A stretch of DNA of 64,000 nt, taken from contig JAGBGK010000005.1 in assembly GCA_017936005.1 (NCBI GenBank), forward strand, positions 9,651 to 73,650, given 5' to 3'. Numbering within the stretch: position 1 is the first letter of the stretch; each line of letters begins with the position of its first letter. A model generated the notes under the pieces. The model was not told where the DNA came from. It searched no databases and was given only the letters and a program-made list of their open reading frames with translations. The translations under genes and the position numbers were made by a program. This document shows, one piece after another, positions 50,156 to 59,685 of this stretch. The DNA is from Tidjanibacter sp. (GTDB lineage: Bacteria > Bacteroidota > Bacteroidia > Bacteroidales > Rikenellaceae).

Positions 50156-52168
50156 ATGACACTTAAAGAGTTTCAAGACGACATCCGTGCAGGTATCCCC
50201 GAAGTGTTGCCTGCACCAAAACCCTACGACCAGAGCGTAAACCACGCACCCAAGCGTAAGGATATCCTCACCCACAAGGAGAAAGTGCTGGCCATAAAGA
50301 ACGCCCTGCGCTACTTCCCCTCCCACCTCCACGAGGAGTTGGCAGCGGAGTTTGCCGAGGAGTTGGAGCAGTATGGCCGTATCTATATGTACCGCCTGAG
50401 GCCCGACTATGAGATGTATGCACGTCCCGTGGAGGAGTATCCTGCAAAGTGCCCACAGGCCGCTTCGCTGATGTTGATGATTCAGAACAACCTCGACAAG
50501 GCGGTGGCGCAACACCCACACGAACTGATTACCTATGGCGGTAACGGTGCGGTGTTCCAAAATTGGGCGCAGTATCGTCTCACGATGAAGTACCTCTCGG
50601 AGATGACCGACCACCAAACCCTTGTGATGTACTCGGGCCACCCGATGGGCCTCTTTCCTTCGCACCCCGACGCACCGAGGGCTGTGATTACCAACGGCTT
50701 AGTTATTCCCAACTACTCCCGCCCCGACGATTGGGAGAGGATGAACGCATTGGGCGTGTCGCAGTATGGCCAGATGACCGCAGGCAGTTGGATGTATATC
50801 GGCCCGCAGGGCATTGTGCATGGCACAACCATCACGGTACTCAATGCTGGCCGCAAACGTATGAAGGCAGGGCAGACCAACTTGGGCGGTATGTTGTTCG
50901 TGTCGGCAGGTCTGGGTGGTATGTCGGGCGCACAGCCCAAGGCGGGCAACATTGCAGGCGTGGTGAGCGTGGTGGCAGAGATTAACCCTGCGGCGGTGCA
51001 GAAACGCTATGAGCAGGGCTGGGTTGACGAGGTACACACCTCGCTCGACGAACTCATCCCCCGCATCCGCAAGGCAAGGGAACAGAAGGAGGTCGTGTCG
51101 ATGGCCTATCAGGGCAACGTGGTTGACCTGTGGGAGAGGTTGGCCGAAGAGGGTATAGATGTTGACCTCGGTAGCGACCAGACCTCGCTACACAACCCTT
51201 GGGCAGGTGGATACTATCCCGTGGGCTACTCCTATGAGGAGAGCCGTGAGATGATGGCCGAGAGGCCCGAGGAGTTTCGAGAGGCGGTGCAGGAGTCGTT
51301 GCGCAGACACGCTGCGGCTGTGAATAAGTTGGCCGACGAGGGTATGTACTTCTTCGACTACGGCAACGCATTCCTCTTGGAGGCTTCCAGGGCAGGTGCC
51401 GATGTGGTGAAGGAGGACGGCTCGTTCCGCTATCCATCGTATGTGCAGGATATTATGGGCCCGATGTTTTTCGACTATGGCTTTGGCCCCTTCCGTTGGG
51501 TTTGCACTTCGGGCAAGGCTGAGGACCTCGAAAAGAGCGACCGTATAGCCGAGAGGGTACTCAGGGAGATACGCTCGGAGGCTCCGGAGGAGATTTGCGG
51601 ACAGTTGGACGACAACATTTTGTGGATAAGGGAGGCAGGCCGTAACCGCTTGGTTGTGGGCTCGCAGGCACGAATACTCTATGCCGACAGCGAGGGCCGC
51701 ATCAAGATAGCAAGGGCCTTCAATGAGGCCATAGCAAAGGGTGAGATTAGCGCACCCATTGTGCTGGGCCGCGACCACCACGATGTGTCGGGCACCGACT
51801 CGCCCTACCGCGAGACGAGCAATATCTACGACGGCTCGGCCTACACGGCCGATATGGCTGTACAGAATGTCATTGGCGATGGTTTCAGGGGTGCCACTTG
51901 GGTGTCGCTCCACAATGGCGGTGGTGTAGGCTGGGGCGAGGTCATCAATGGTGGCTTCGGTATGGTTGTCGATGGTAGCGAGGAGGCTCGCAAACGCATC
52001 GACTCGATGCTGCTGTGGGATGTCAACAATGGTATCGCACGCCGCAGTTGGGCTCGCAATGAGGGCGCAATGAACGCTATCCGTAGGGAGATGGCCCGCA
52101 CCCCCGACCTGAAAGTAACCCTCCCCAATGTGGCCGATGACGGGCTTATAGAAAAATATATCAAGTAG
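50156..52168 (+). CDS. hutU: Urocanate hydratase (long form)
   Basis: GQMTAGSW.YIGPQGIVHGT, GLGGMSGAQP, DQTS.HNP, GRDHHD. Confidence 0.97.
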   Translation: MTLKEFQDDIRAGIPEVLPAPKPYDQSVNHAPKRKDILTHKEKVLAIKNALRYFPSHLHEELAAEFAEELEQYGRIYMYRLRPDYEMYARPVEEYPAKCPQAASLMLMIQNNLDKAVAQHPHELITYGGNGAVFQNWAQYRLTMKYLSEMTDHQTLVMYSGHPMGLFPSHPDAPRAVITNGLVIPNYSRPDDWERMNALGVSQYGQMTAGSWMYIGPQGIVHGTTITVLNAGRKRMKAGQTNLGGMLFVSAGLGGMSGAQPKAGNIAGVVSVVAEINPAAVQKRYEQGWVDEVHTSLDELIPRIRKAREQKEVVSMAYQGNVVDLWERLAEEGIDVDLGSDQTSLHNPWAGGYYPVGYSYEESREMMAERPEEFREAVQESLRRHAAAVNKLADEGMYFFDYGNAFLLEASRAGADVVKEDGSFRYPSYVQDIMGPMFFDYGFGPFRWVCTSGKAEDLEKSDRIAERVLREIRSEAPEEICGQLDDNILWIREAGRNRLVVGSQARILYADSEGRIKIARAFNEAIAKGEISAPIVLGRDHHDVSGTDSPYRETSNIYDGSAYTADMAVQNVIGDGFRGATWVSLHNGGGVGWGEVINGGFGMVVDGSEEARKRIDSMLLWDVNNGIARRSWARNEGAMNAIRREMARTPDLKVTLPNVADDGLIEKYIK

Positions 52169-52194
52169 AACAAAAACCTAAAAACTGCTATACT

Positions 52195-53565
52195 ATGAAA
52201 ACTATTCGTTTGTTTGCAACTCTGCTGGCCACGTTGGCTATGGTTGCTTGTGGCGACAAAGAGCCCGTTGATGGTCCCAATACCCCAAGTGATGGTAGTA
52301 CCAAACTCTCCGCACCCACAGGCTTGGCTGTGGTGGAGGGAACGCTCACAACCACCGCTGTAACCATAGAGTGGGGCGCAGTGGAGGGTGCCGTTGGATA
52401 TAACTATGTGCTCCAAAAGGGCGCAATGCAGATTGAGAACGGGCATGTGGTGGCCACGTCGGTTAGCTTTGGTGACCTTGAAAAGGCCACCGACTACCGC
52501 TTCTACCTCTATGCTGTGGCGGACGATGCACTGAATAACTCCCCTGCAAGCCAAATCCTCTCGTTCCGCACCCTCTCCAAGGAACCTTCGGCTTCGGGCC
52601 TTCCCGTGCCAAACTTGGTTGTGGACAGCAAGGGTAGTGGCGACTATACAACCATTAAGGCCGCCATCGCTGCCATTCCATCCACCTTTGCTGGTAAGTT
52701 TGTGATTTACATCAAGGAGGGTACCTATAAGGAAAAACTCCTTCTGCGTCAGGCCAATGTGGTGTTGGTGGGCGACGGTGCCGACAAGACCATCATCACT
52801 TGGGACGACTACCAGGGACTCTACAACGGTAGCACCGAGAGTGATGAGCGCAACCGCCGTTCCTATACTCTCCGTACCGAGGGCAAGGGCACAATCATCC
52901 AAGACCTCACAATCGAGAATACCCACCAGAACAACACCGGCTCGGGCGACCAAGCGATGGCGGTGGAGGTGTTCAACGGTAGTGCCTCGTTCTTCAACTG
53001 CAACATCACGGGCTATCAGGACACCTTCCTCGGACGTAACAACAACGTCTATGCCTATGTGAAGGATTCGTTTGTGGAGGGCAACGTGGACTTCATCTAC
53101 GGCAACAGCGTGATGCTCTTCGACGGGTGCCAAATCAATGTCAATCGTAATGGTGCGCCCATCACTGCTCCCTCTACATCGGTTGCAGCCCCCTATGGTA
53201 TTACCTTCATTGACTGCGACGTTACGGCCGACGAGGTTGGCTTCGATGGTAAAACCATCACCGATATCTATCTTGGCAGGGCGTGGAAAGATGCTGCCAA
53301 GAGCGTGTGGGTGAGGTGTAAGATGCCCAAGACACTCAACCCCGCAGGCTGGATGAAGAATATGAACGACAGCGTGCAGGACAACAACAAAATCTTTGCC
53401 GAGTGGGGATGTACCTATGCCGATAGTGCCGATGCCGACCTGTCGAAACGCCAACACGGAGGTCGTGCTCTGACGGATGAGGAGGCTGCCAACTACACCT
53501 ACGAGAAAATCTTTGCAGGTATTGACCACCTCGCAAAAACCAAATATGAAGTAGAACTCAAATAG
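52195..53565 (+). CDS. Pectinesterase (CE8) lipoprotein with N-terminal FN3 domain
   Basis: VAC lipobox; GSGDYTTI..AI, G.Y.E, QAMA, GYQDT, VDFIYG, YLGRAW. Confidence 0.88.
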   Translation: MKTIRLFATLLATLAMVACGDKEPVDGPNTPSDGSTKLSAPTGLAVVEGTLTTTAVTIEWGAVEGAVGYNYVLQKGAMQIENGHVVATSVSFGDLEKATDYRFYLYAVADDALNNSPASQILSFRTLSKEPSASGLPVPNLVVDSKGSGDYTTIKAAIAAIPSTFAGKFVIYIKEGTYKEKLLLRQANVVLVGDGADKTIITWDDYQGLYNGSTESDERNRRSYTLRTEGKGTIIQDLTIENTHQNNTGSGDQAMAVEVFNGSASFFNCNITGYQDTFLGRNNNVYAYVKDSFVEGNVDFIYGNSVMLFDGCQINVNRNGAPITAPSTSVAAPYGITFIDCDVTADEVGFDGKTITDIYLGRAWKDAAKSVWVRCKMPKTLNPAGWMKNMNDSVQDNNKIFAEWGCTYADSADADLSKRQHGGRALTDEEAANYTYEKIFAGIDHLAKTKYEVELK

Positions 53566-53579
53566 TGTAAAAAAGAACT

Positions 53580-55067
53580 ATGGAACACCATCATATCATT
53601 TCTGCCAACCACCTAACACCTGCGGAGGTTATTGCCGCCGTGAGGGGCGAATACACCCTCTCGCTCTCGGAGGAGAGTAGGGCGGCTATTGCCAAGTGCC
53701 GTGCCTACCTCGACCGTAAGGCAGTCGAAAGCCCCGTGCCTATCTATGGCGTAACCACGGGCTTCGGCTCGCTGTGTAACATATCCATCGAGAAGGACGA
53801 CCTGTCGGCACTCCAAAAGAACCTTGTGATGAGCCACGCTTGCGGTGTGGGCGAGGAGGTGCCCGAGGAGATTGTGCGCATTATGATTATGCTCAAAGTG
53901 CAGTCGCTCTCCTATGGACACTCCGGCGTGCAGGTGGCAACGGTGGAGAGGCTCGTTGATATGTTCAACCACCACTATACCCCTGTGGTCTATCAGCAGG
54001 GCTCGCTGGGTGCTTCGGGCGACTTGGCTCCGCTGGCCCACCTTTCGCTCCCTCTGCTCGGTCTGGGCGAGGTGCGTACAAAGAGTGGCGAGCGCATCAG
54101 TGGCGAGGAGATGAACGCCCGTGAGGGGTGGGCTCCTCTCACACTCCAATCGAAGGAGGGACTTGCGCTGCTTAATGGTACGCAGTTTATGACAGCCTAT
54201 GGCGTGTGGTCGCTGGATAAGGCCCAGAGGCTCTCGGAGTGGGCCGATGTGGTGGGAGCAATGTCGTTGGAGGCTTTCGACGGTAGGATTGACCCCTTTG
54301 CCGACAACGTGCACCAAGTGAGGCCCCACGCAGGACAGATTGCCACGGCCAAGCGTATGAGGGAACTCTTGGAGGGTAGCGAACTTATCCGCCAACCCAA
54401 GAAACACGTTCAGGACCCCTATTCGTTCCGCTGTATCCCACAAGTGCACGGAGCATCAAAGGATGCCATAGCCTATGTGGGCTCGGTTATCGAAACCGAG
54501 ATTAACTCCGCTACGGACAACCCAACGGTCTTCCCCGATGAGGATGTGGTGGTATCGGCAGGCAACTTCCACGGCCAACCACTCGCCCTTGTGCTCGACT
54601 ACCTTGCAATAGCAGTGGCCGAGTTGGGAAGTATATCCGAGCGTAGGACCTATAAACTCATCTCGGCCCAGCGTGGTCTGCCGAGTTTCTTGGTGGCCAA
54701 GCCGGGACTTAATAGTGGCTTTATGATACCGCAGTACACCGCAGCCTCCATTGTTAGCCAGACGAAGGGCCTCTGTATGCCCGCATCGGTGGACTCCATA
54801 CCCTCGTCGCAGGGACAGGAGGACCACGTTAGTATGGGCTCCAATGCGGCCACCAAGTCGGCCCGTGTGGTGGACAATGTGGAGAGGGTGCTGGCTATCG
54901 AACTTCTGAACGCGGCACAGGCGTTGGAATTCCGCCGTCCGTTGAGGTCGAGCGAGCCAATAGAGAGGCTCTTTGCCGAGTTTAGGAAGGTGGTGCCTTT
55001 TGTGGATACCGATGAGGTGATGTACCCATTGATTGCCAAGGCGGTTGAATTTATTGGTAATAAATAG
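53580..55067 (+). CDS. hutH: Histidine ammonia-lyase
   Basis: YGVTTGFG, GASGDL (MIO), KEGLAL.NGT, QDPYSFRC, GNFHG. Confidence 0.97.
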   Translation: MEHHHIISANHLTPAEVIAAVRGEYTLSLSEESRAAIAKCRAYLDRKAVESPVPIYGVTTGFGSLCNISIEKDDLSALQKNLVMSHACGVGEEVPEEIVRIMIMLKVQSLSYGHSGVQVATVERLVDMFNHHYTPVVYQQGSLGASGDLAPLAHLSLPLLGLGEVRTKSGERISGEEMNAREGWAPLTLQSKEGLALLNGTQFMTAYGVWSLDKAQRLSEWADVVGAMSLEAFDGRIDPFADNVHQVRPHAGQIATAKRMRELLEGSELIRQPKKHVQDPYSFRCIPQVHGASKDAIAYVGSVIETEINSATDNPTVFPDEDVVVSAGNFHGQPLALVLDYLAIAVAELGSISERRTYKLISAQRGLPSFLVAKPGLNSGFMIPQYTAASIVSQTKGLCMPASVDSIPSSQGQEDHVSMGSNAATKSARVVDNVERVLAIELLNAAQALEFRRPLRSSEPIERLFAEFRKVVPFVDTDEVMYPLIAKAVEFIGNK

Positions 55068-55079
55068 ATTGGATAGACT

Positions 55080-56318
55080 ATGCGCCTACTAATCAAGAAT
55101 ATACGCACCCTTGCGGGTATTGTGCCTGCCGACACGCTTATGTTGCGTGGAGGGGAGATGAATAACTCCGCAGGGCAGATAGACGATGCGTGGTTGCTTG
55201 CCGAAGATGGGGTGATTGTGGGCTTTGGGCCTATGGCGACACTCCCCGAGGTGGAGGCCGACGAAGTGGTGGATGCCGATGGAAGGGTTGTGTTCCCAGC
55301 CTTTTGCGACTCCCACTCCCACATTGTCTATGCCGGCTCGCGCGAGGGCGAGTTTAGGGATAAGATTGCAGGTATGACCTACCAGGAGGTGGCAGCCCGT
55401 GGCGGCGGTATTCTCAACTCCGCCGACCGACTCCACGAGGCCTCCGAGGAGGAACTCTATGAGGCGGCACTCCCGAGGGCGTGGAGAATGATACGCTCGG
55501 GTGCGGCCACGTTGGAGATAAATAGTGGCTATGGACTTACCACCGAGGACGAACTCAAAATGCTCCGTGTGGTGCGCCGATTGCAGGAGAACTTGCCCGC
55601 AACGGTGAAGGCTACATTTCTCGGTGCACACGCTGTGGGACGTGCCTTTGCCGGCCGACAGAGCGACTATGTGGACCACGTATGCAGGGATATGATACCC
55701 GCAGTGGCCGAGCAGGGCGTGGCTGAGTTTGTGGATGTATTCTGCGACGAGGGCTTCTTTACCCCCGAGCAGACGGCCCAGATATTGGAGTGCGGAGGCC
55801 GCTATGGCCTGCGAGCAAAGATTCACGCCAACGAACTCGCTTCGAGTGGCGGTGTGCAGGTGGGCATACGCTATGGGGCCCTCTCGGTGGACCACCTCGA
55901 AGAGGCCAACGAACAGGATGTGAGGGACTTGGCTGCAAGTGCCACCATACCTACCGTGCTGCCCGGCGCTTCATTCTTCTCCAACCTTCCCTTTGCACCC
56001 GCAAGGAGGATGATTGAGGCGGGCCTTCCGGTGGCCATTGCCAGCGACTGTAACCCCGGCTCGTCGCCTTCGGGCAATATGACCTTCCTGTGGTCGCTGG
56101 CGTGTATCAAGATGCGCCTAACGCCCGAGGAGGCCCTCAGTGCGCTCACCATCAATGGTGCAGCAGCGTTGGGGCTGAGTGGCGATAGGGGCGCGATAAG
56201 CGTGGGCCGTAGGGCCGACGTTGTCATCTCCAAGCCCGTACCTTCGCTTGCCTACATTCCTTACAGCTTTGGAGAGGATTTGGTGGAGAGTGTTATTATT
56301 GGTGGAACAAAAGTGTGA
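55080..56318 (+). CDS. hutI: Imidazolonepropionase
   Basis: DSHSH, GGGI, SGYGL, FLGAH, DHLE, DCNPG. Confidence 0.95.
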   Translation: MRLLIKNIRTLAGIVPADTLMLRGGEMNNSAGQIDDAWLLAEDGVIVGFGPMATLPEVEADEVVDADGRVVFPAFCDSHSHIVYAGSREGEFRDKIAGMTYQEVAARGGGILNSADRLHEASEEELYEAALPRAWRMIRSGAATLEINSGYGLTTEDELKMLRVVRRLQENLPATVKATFLGAHAVGRAFAGRQSDYVDHVCRDMIPAVAEQGVAEFVDVFCDEGFFTPEQTAQILECGGRYGLRAKIHANELASSGGVQVGIRYGALSVDHLEEANEQDVRDLAASATIPTVLPGASFFSNLPFAPARRMIEAGLPVAIASDCNPGSSPSGNMTFLWSLACIKMRLTPEEALSALTINGAAALGLSGDRGAISVGRRADVVISKPVPSLAYIPYSFGEDLVESVIIGGTKV

Positions 56319-56320
56319 AT

Positions 56321-57769
56321 ATGATGAAAAGGACTCTTTATTTGATTGCAACTTTCTGTGTGCTACTACTTGTGGGGTGCTCCGAGGCGTATGATGACTC
56401 GTTTGTGAAGGAGGAGATAGAGTCGTTGAAAGAGAAACTTGCGCAGGTTGAAACCCTACTGAATGCCTCTGCCGGCAACCTTTCGGTGGTCTCTGTTGTG
56501 GAGAACGACGAGGGGTATGTCGTAACCTTTTCGGACGATTCAACCATCACCATAAAACACGGTAAGGATGGTCTGAAAGGCGAACAAGGCGATAAAGGCG
56601 AACAAGGCGACAAGGGCGACAAGGGCGAACAAGGCGATAAGGGTGAGGATGGCGAAACGCTCATCGACTCCATTGTGATAGGGGAGAGCGACGTTACTTT
56701 TATACTGACAAATGGGAAAACGGTGATTATTCCATTGGAGGGATACTATGACACCTCGGAGGCACCAATCAACTTCCTGGACAACACAACAAAGGTGTTG
56801 TGTGTGTTGGCGTGGGATAGTGATGGCGACCAGCAACTTTCCTACAAGGAGGCATCCGAGGTGGAATCCATTGGCAATGTGTTCAAGGGAACGGACATTA
56901 TGGCTTTCAGGGAGTTGAGGTTTTTCTCGTCGCTCTCGGCCATAGATAATGGTGCCTTCTATGGATGCGAAAAGTTGATTGCCATCACTTTGCCGGAGAG
57001 TATTATATCCATCGGAGAGGGTGCTTTCCGAAATTGCAGTCAGTTGAGTGAGATAACAATACCTTCGGGTGTGGCGACTCTGGGAGAAAGGACGTTCCAG
57101 AATTGCACAAGTTTGGAGAGCCTGACCCTACCTGCATCCGTGGAGAAGATTCCCACCTACTGCCTCTATGCGTGTGAGAACCTCACCGAAGTAGTCATAG
57201 AAGAGGGAGTGAAGGTAATCGGCAGCTATGCTTTCCAGAGTTGCTATGCTCTCTCGGAGGTGGTTATGCCTTCGAGCGTGGAGCAGATTGAGCGCAATGC
57301 GTTCTATTTTTGCAAAGGTTTGCAGAGTGTAGTTCTGCCCGAAGGGTTGACCACCATCAACAACGAAACATTCTACAACTGCGAGAGCCTCAAAAACATA
57401 ACTTTGCCATCCTCCCTGCAAACCATAGGCAACTATGCGTTTAGAAACTGTGTGGCGTTGTCGGAGGTGGCGATGAATGAACAGCTGGTGGATATTGGCG
57501 ACTATGCTTTCAAGAGTTGTACCTCGTTGAAGAGTGTTACAATCCCGGCAAATGTTACCACCATAGGCGGCTGGGCTTTTGAGGATTGCTCGGCACTCGT
57601 GAAGGTGTGTTGCAATGCGGTGGAGCCGCCCACTCTGGGCTACGATGCCTTTGATGACAACGGTGCAGGACGCACTATCTGTGTCCCCGAGGCGAGTGTT
57701 GAGAGTTACAAAAAGGCCGATGTGTGGAGCGACTATGCGGCAAGCATCGTGGCACAAACTGTGGAATAG
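56321..57769 (+). CDS. BspA-type leucine-rich-repeat surface lipoprotein with collagen-like stalk
   Basis: LVGC lipobox, 11 Gly-X-Y triplets (56561-56659), repeated I.LP.S...IG..AF..C..L. Confidence 0.9.
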   Translation: MMKRTLYLIATFCVLLLVGCSEAYDDSFVKEEIESLKEKLAQVETLLNASAGNLSVVSVVENDEGYVVTFSDDSTITIKHGKDGLKGEQGDKGEQGDKGDKGEQGDKGEDGETLIDSIVIGESDVTFILTNGKTVIIPLEGYYDTSEAPINFLDNTTKVLCVLAWDSDGDQQLSYKEASEVESIGNVFKGTDIMAFRELRFFSSLSAIDNGAFYGCEKLIAITLPESIISIGEGAFRNCSQLSEITIPSGVATLGERTFQNCTSLESLTLPASVEKIPTYCLYACENLTEVVIEEGVKVIGSYAFQSCYALSEVVMPSSVEQIERNAFYFCKGLQSVVLPEGLTTINNETFYNCESLKNITLPSSLQTIGNYAFRNCVALSEVAMNEQLVDIGDYAFKSCTSLKSVTIPANVTTIGGWAFEDCSALVKVCCNAVEPPTLGYDAFDDNGAGRTICVPEASVESYKKADVWSDYAASIVAQTVE

Positions 57770-57790
57770 TCAAAATTAAACCATATAACT

Positions 57791-58936
57791 ATGAATAACT
57801 TTATTTTCCAAAACCCCACGAAACTCATTTTCGGCGAGGGACAGATTGCACGATTGTCAAAGGAACTCCCCAAGGATAAGCGCATCCTTGTAACCTTTGG
57901 CGGTGGTAGTGTTAAACACAACGGAGTCTATGACCAAGTGGTTGCGGCCCTCAGTGGTTTTGATTTTCTCGAATTTTGGGGCATTGAGCCCAACCCGAAG
58001 GTGGAGACTCTGCGCAAGGCCGTAGAGGTTTGCAAGAGGGAGAATATCGGTTTTCTGCTCGCTGTGGGCGGTGGTAGTGTGCTCGACGGCACAAAACTGA
58101 TTGCTGCTGCGGCTGTGATTGAGGAGGATGCGTGGGACCTTGTGTTGCACCCCGAACTGCTGCGTGGCAACATCCCCTTTGCGAGTGTGATGACCCTGCC
58201 CGCTACGGGCTCCGAGATGAATAGGGGCTGTGTTATTTCCAACCTCGCTACGGGCGAAAAATATGCCTTCTACAACACCTATCCCACATTCTCCATCCTC
58301 GACCCCACCACCACCTTCTCGCTGCCCACCTTCCAGCGTGCGTGTGGCCTTGCCGACACCTTCGTTCACGTCATCGAGCAGTACCTCACCACCACAGGTA
58401 TCTCGCCCCTGATGGACCGCTGGGCCGAAGGAATCTTCCAGACAATTGTGGAGATTGCCCCCAAGGTGCTCTCCGAGGAGAACGACTACAACACTATGGC
58501 CGACTTTATGCTCTCGGCCACTATGGGACTTAATGGCTTTGTGGGTATGGGCGTGCCGCAGGATTGGTCCACCCACCGCATCGGCCACGAGATTACGGCC
58601 CTGTGTGGTACCACCCACGGACAGACTCTTGTGATTGTCCTGCCGGGTGTGATGAACGAACTCAGGGAGCAGAAGGCATCCAAGATAGTCCAAATGGGCG
58701 AGCGCGTGTGGGGCATTACGGATGGCACTATCGATGAACGTATTGATAGGACCATTGCTGCTACGGAGGAGTTTTTCCGTTCTCTGGGCCTTGCCACCCG
58801 CCTTTCGGAGTTGGGTATTGGCGAGGATGTTGTGGAGGCCATTGTGGCTCGCTTCCGTGAGCGTGGCACCCTGCTGGGCGAGCAACTCAATATCGACTAT
58901 AAGTTGGTTGATGCAATCCTCCGCCAGAGGATGTAG
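57791..58936 (+). CDS. Iron-containing alcohol dehydrogenase (YqhD/BdhA-like)
   Basis: GGGS, GIEPNP, GGGSVLD, TLPATGSE, H.IGHE, HG..L. Confidence 0.93.
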   Translation: MNNFIFQNPTKLIFGEGQIARLSKELPKDKRILVTFGGGSVKHNGVYDQVVAALSGFDFLEFWGIEPNPKVETLRKAVEVCKRENIGFLLAVGGGSVLDGTKLIAAAAVIEEDAWDLVLHPELLRGNIPFASVMTLPATGSEMNRGCVISNLATGEKYAFYNTYPTFSILDPTTTFSLPTFQRACGLADTFVHVIEQYLTTTGISPLMDRWAEGIFQTIVEIAPKVLSEENDYNTMADFMLSATMGLNGFVGMGVPQDWSTHRIGHEITALCGTTHGQTLVIVLPGVMNELREQKASKIVQMGERVWGITDGTIDERIDRTIAATEEFFRSLGLATRLSELGIGEDVVEAIVARFRERGTLLGEQLNIDYKLVDAILRQRM

Positions 58937-58940
58937 ACTA

Positions 58941-59038
58941 ACCGTCGACCGTCGACCGTCGACCGTCGACCGACAACCGTCAACCGTCGACCGACAACCG
59001 TCGACCGACAACCGTCAACTGTCAACCGTCGACCGACA
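58941..59038 (+). repeat. 14-unit heptamer array (ACCGTCG/ACCGTCA/ACCGACA)
   Basis: Exact 7-bp periodicity over 98 bp. Confidence 0.95.
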
Positions 59039-59041
59039 TCA

Positions 59042-59195
59042 TTAAGGCCCTTGAAGTTTTTAACGTCTTTAATGTCCTTAACGCCCCTTCCTACTCACGG
59101 GTATTAAAAAAGATACCCGTGAACAAGGAGGGCTTCGGCAGTCAGCAGTCAGCGGTCAGCAGTCAGCAGGCGTTTGACTTTCGACAACCGTCAGA
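59042..59195. repeat. Cassette continuation: 9-mer tract, GGGTATC hairpin (reverse), GCAGTCA x4
   Basis: TCACGGGTATTAAAAAAGATACCCGTGA at 59095-59122; GCAGTCA units at 59138-59165. Confidence 0.8.
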
Positions 59196-59204
59196 CCCCC
59201 CCCC

Positions 59205-59255
59205 AAAAAAAAAAAATACAAAAGGCGCTCCATCAGTGGAACGCCTTTTGTATTT
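59205..59255 (-). terminator. Intrinsic terminator of the rpmB operon
   Basis: AAATACAAAAGGCG...CGCCTTTTGTATTT with A12 run (U tail on minus strand). Confidence 0.85.
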
Positions 59256-59300
59256 CGGGCCGTTTGCCCTGAAATACTGCGGTTAATCGTGCGGTAGGGA

Positions 59301-59459
59301 TTATTTCTTGTTGAAGAACTCCTTAACCTCCTCGGTGGGAACTACGTCAGTTTTGAAAACGTAAGCACCGGTTTTCTCCGATTTAACCATTTTGATGCAT
59401 TTGGTAAAACCCTTGTTTGCACCCTCTTTTTTAAGTGTTGCAACTACTTTCTTTGCCAT
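59301..59459 (-). CDS. DUF4295 protein (Bacteroidetes ribosomal protein bL38), 52 aa, absent from ORF track
   Basis: MAKKVVATLKKEGANKGFTKCIKMVKSEKTGAYVFKTDVVPTEEVKEFFNKK; follows rpmG. Confidence 0.9.
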   Translation of the reverse strand: MAKKVVATLKKEGANKGFTKCIKMVKSEKTGAYVFKTDVVPTEEVKEFFNKK

Positions 59460-59473
59460 AGTTCAATTCCTCC

Positions 59474-59662
59474 TTATTTAATCTCACGGTGGATAGTTAC
59501 CCTCTTCAAATATGGATTGTATTTCTTGCGCTCCATACGGTCGGGAGTGTTCTTTTTGTTTTTGGTAGTGATGTAACGGCTCATTCCGGGAACACCGCTA
59601 GCCTTCTGCTCGGTACACTCGAGGATTACCTGCACTCGGTTACCTTTACCTTTTTTTGCCAT
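59474..59662 (-). CDS. rpmG: 50S ribosomal protein L33
   Basis: [26 protein letters not shown]. Confidence 0.97.
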   Translation of the reverse strand: MAKKGKGNRVQVILECTEQKASGVPGMSRYITTKNKKNTPDRMERKKYNPYLKRVTIHREIK

Positions 59663-59685
59663 ACTCTTTGTTTACTTAAAAAAGA

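Noticed and set aside
59196-59216. C9A12 homopolymer as a phase-variation switch
   Set aside because: It is intergenic between convergent genes and the A run is the terminator tail.
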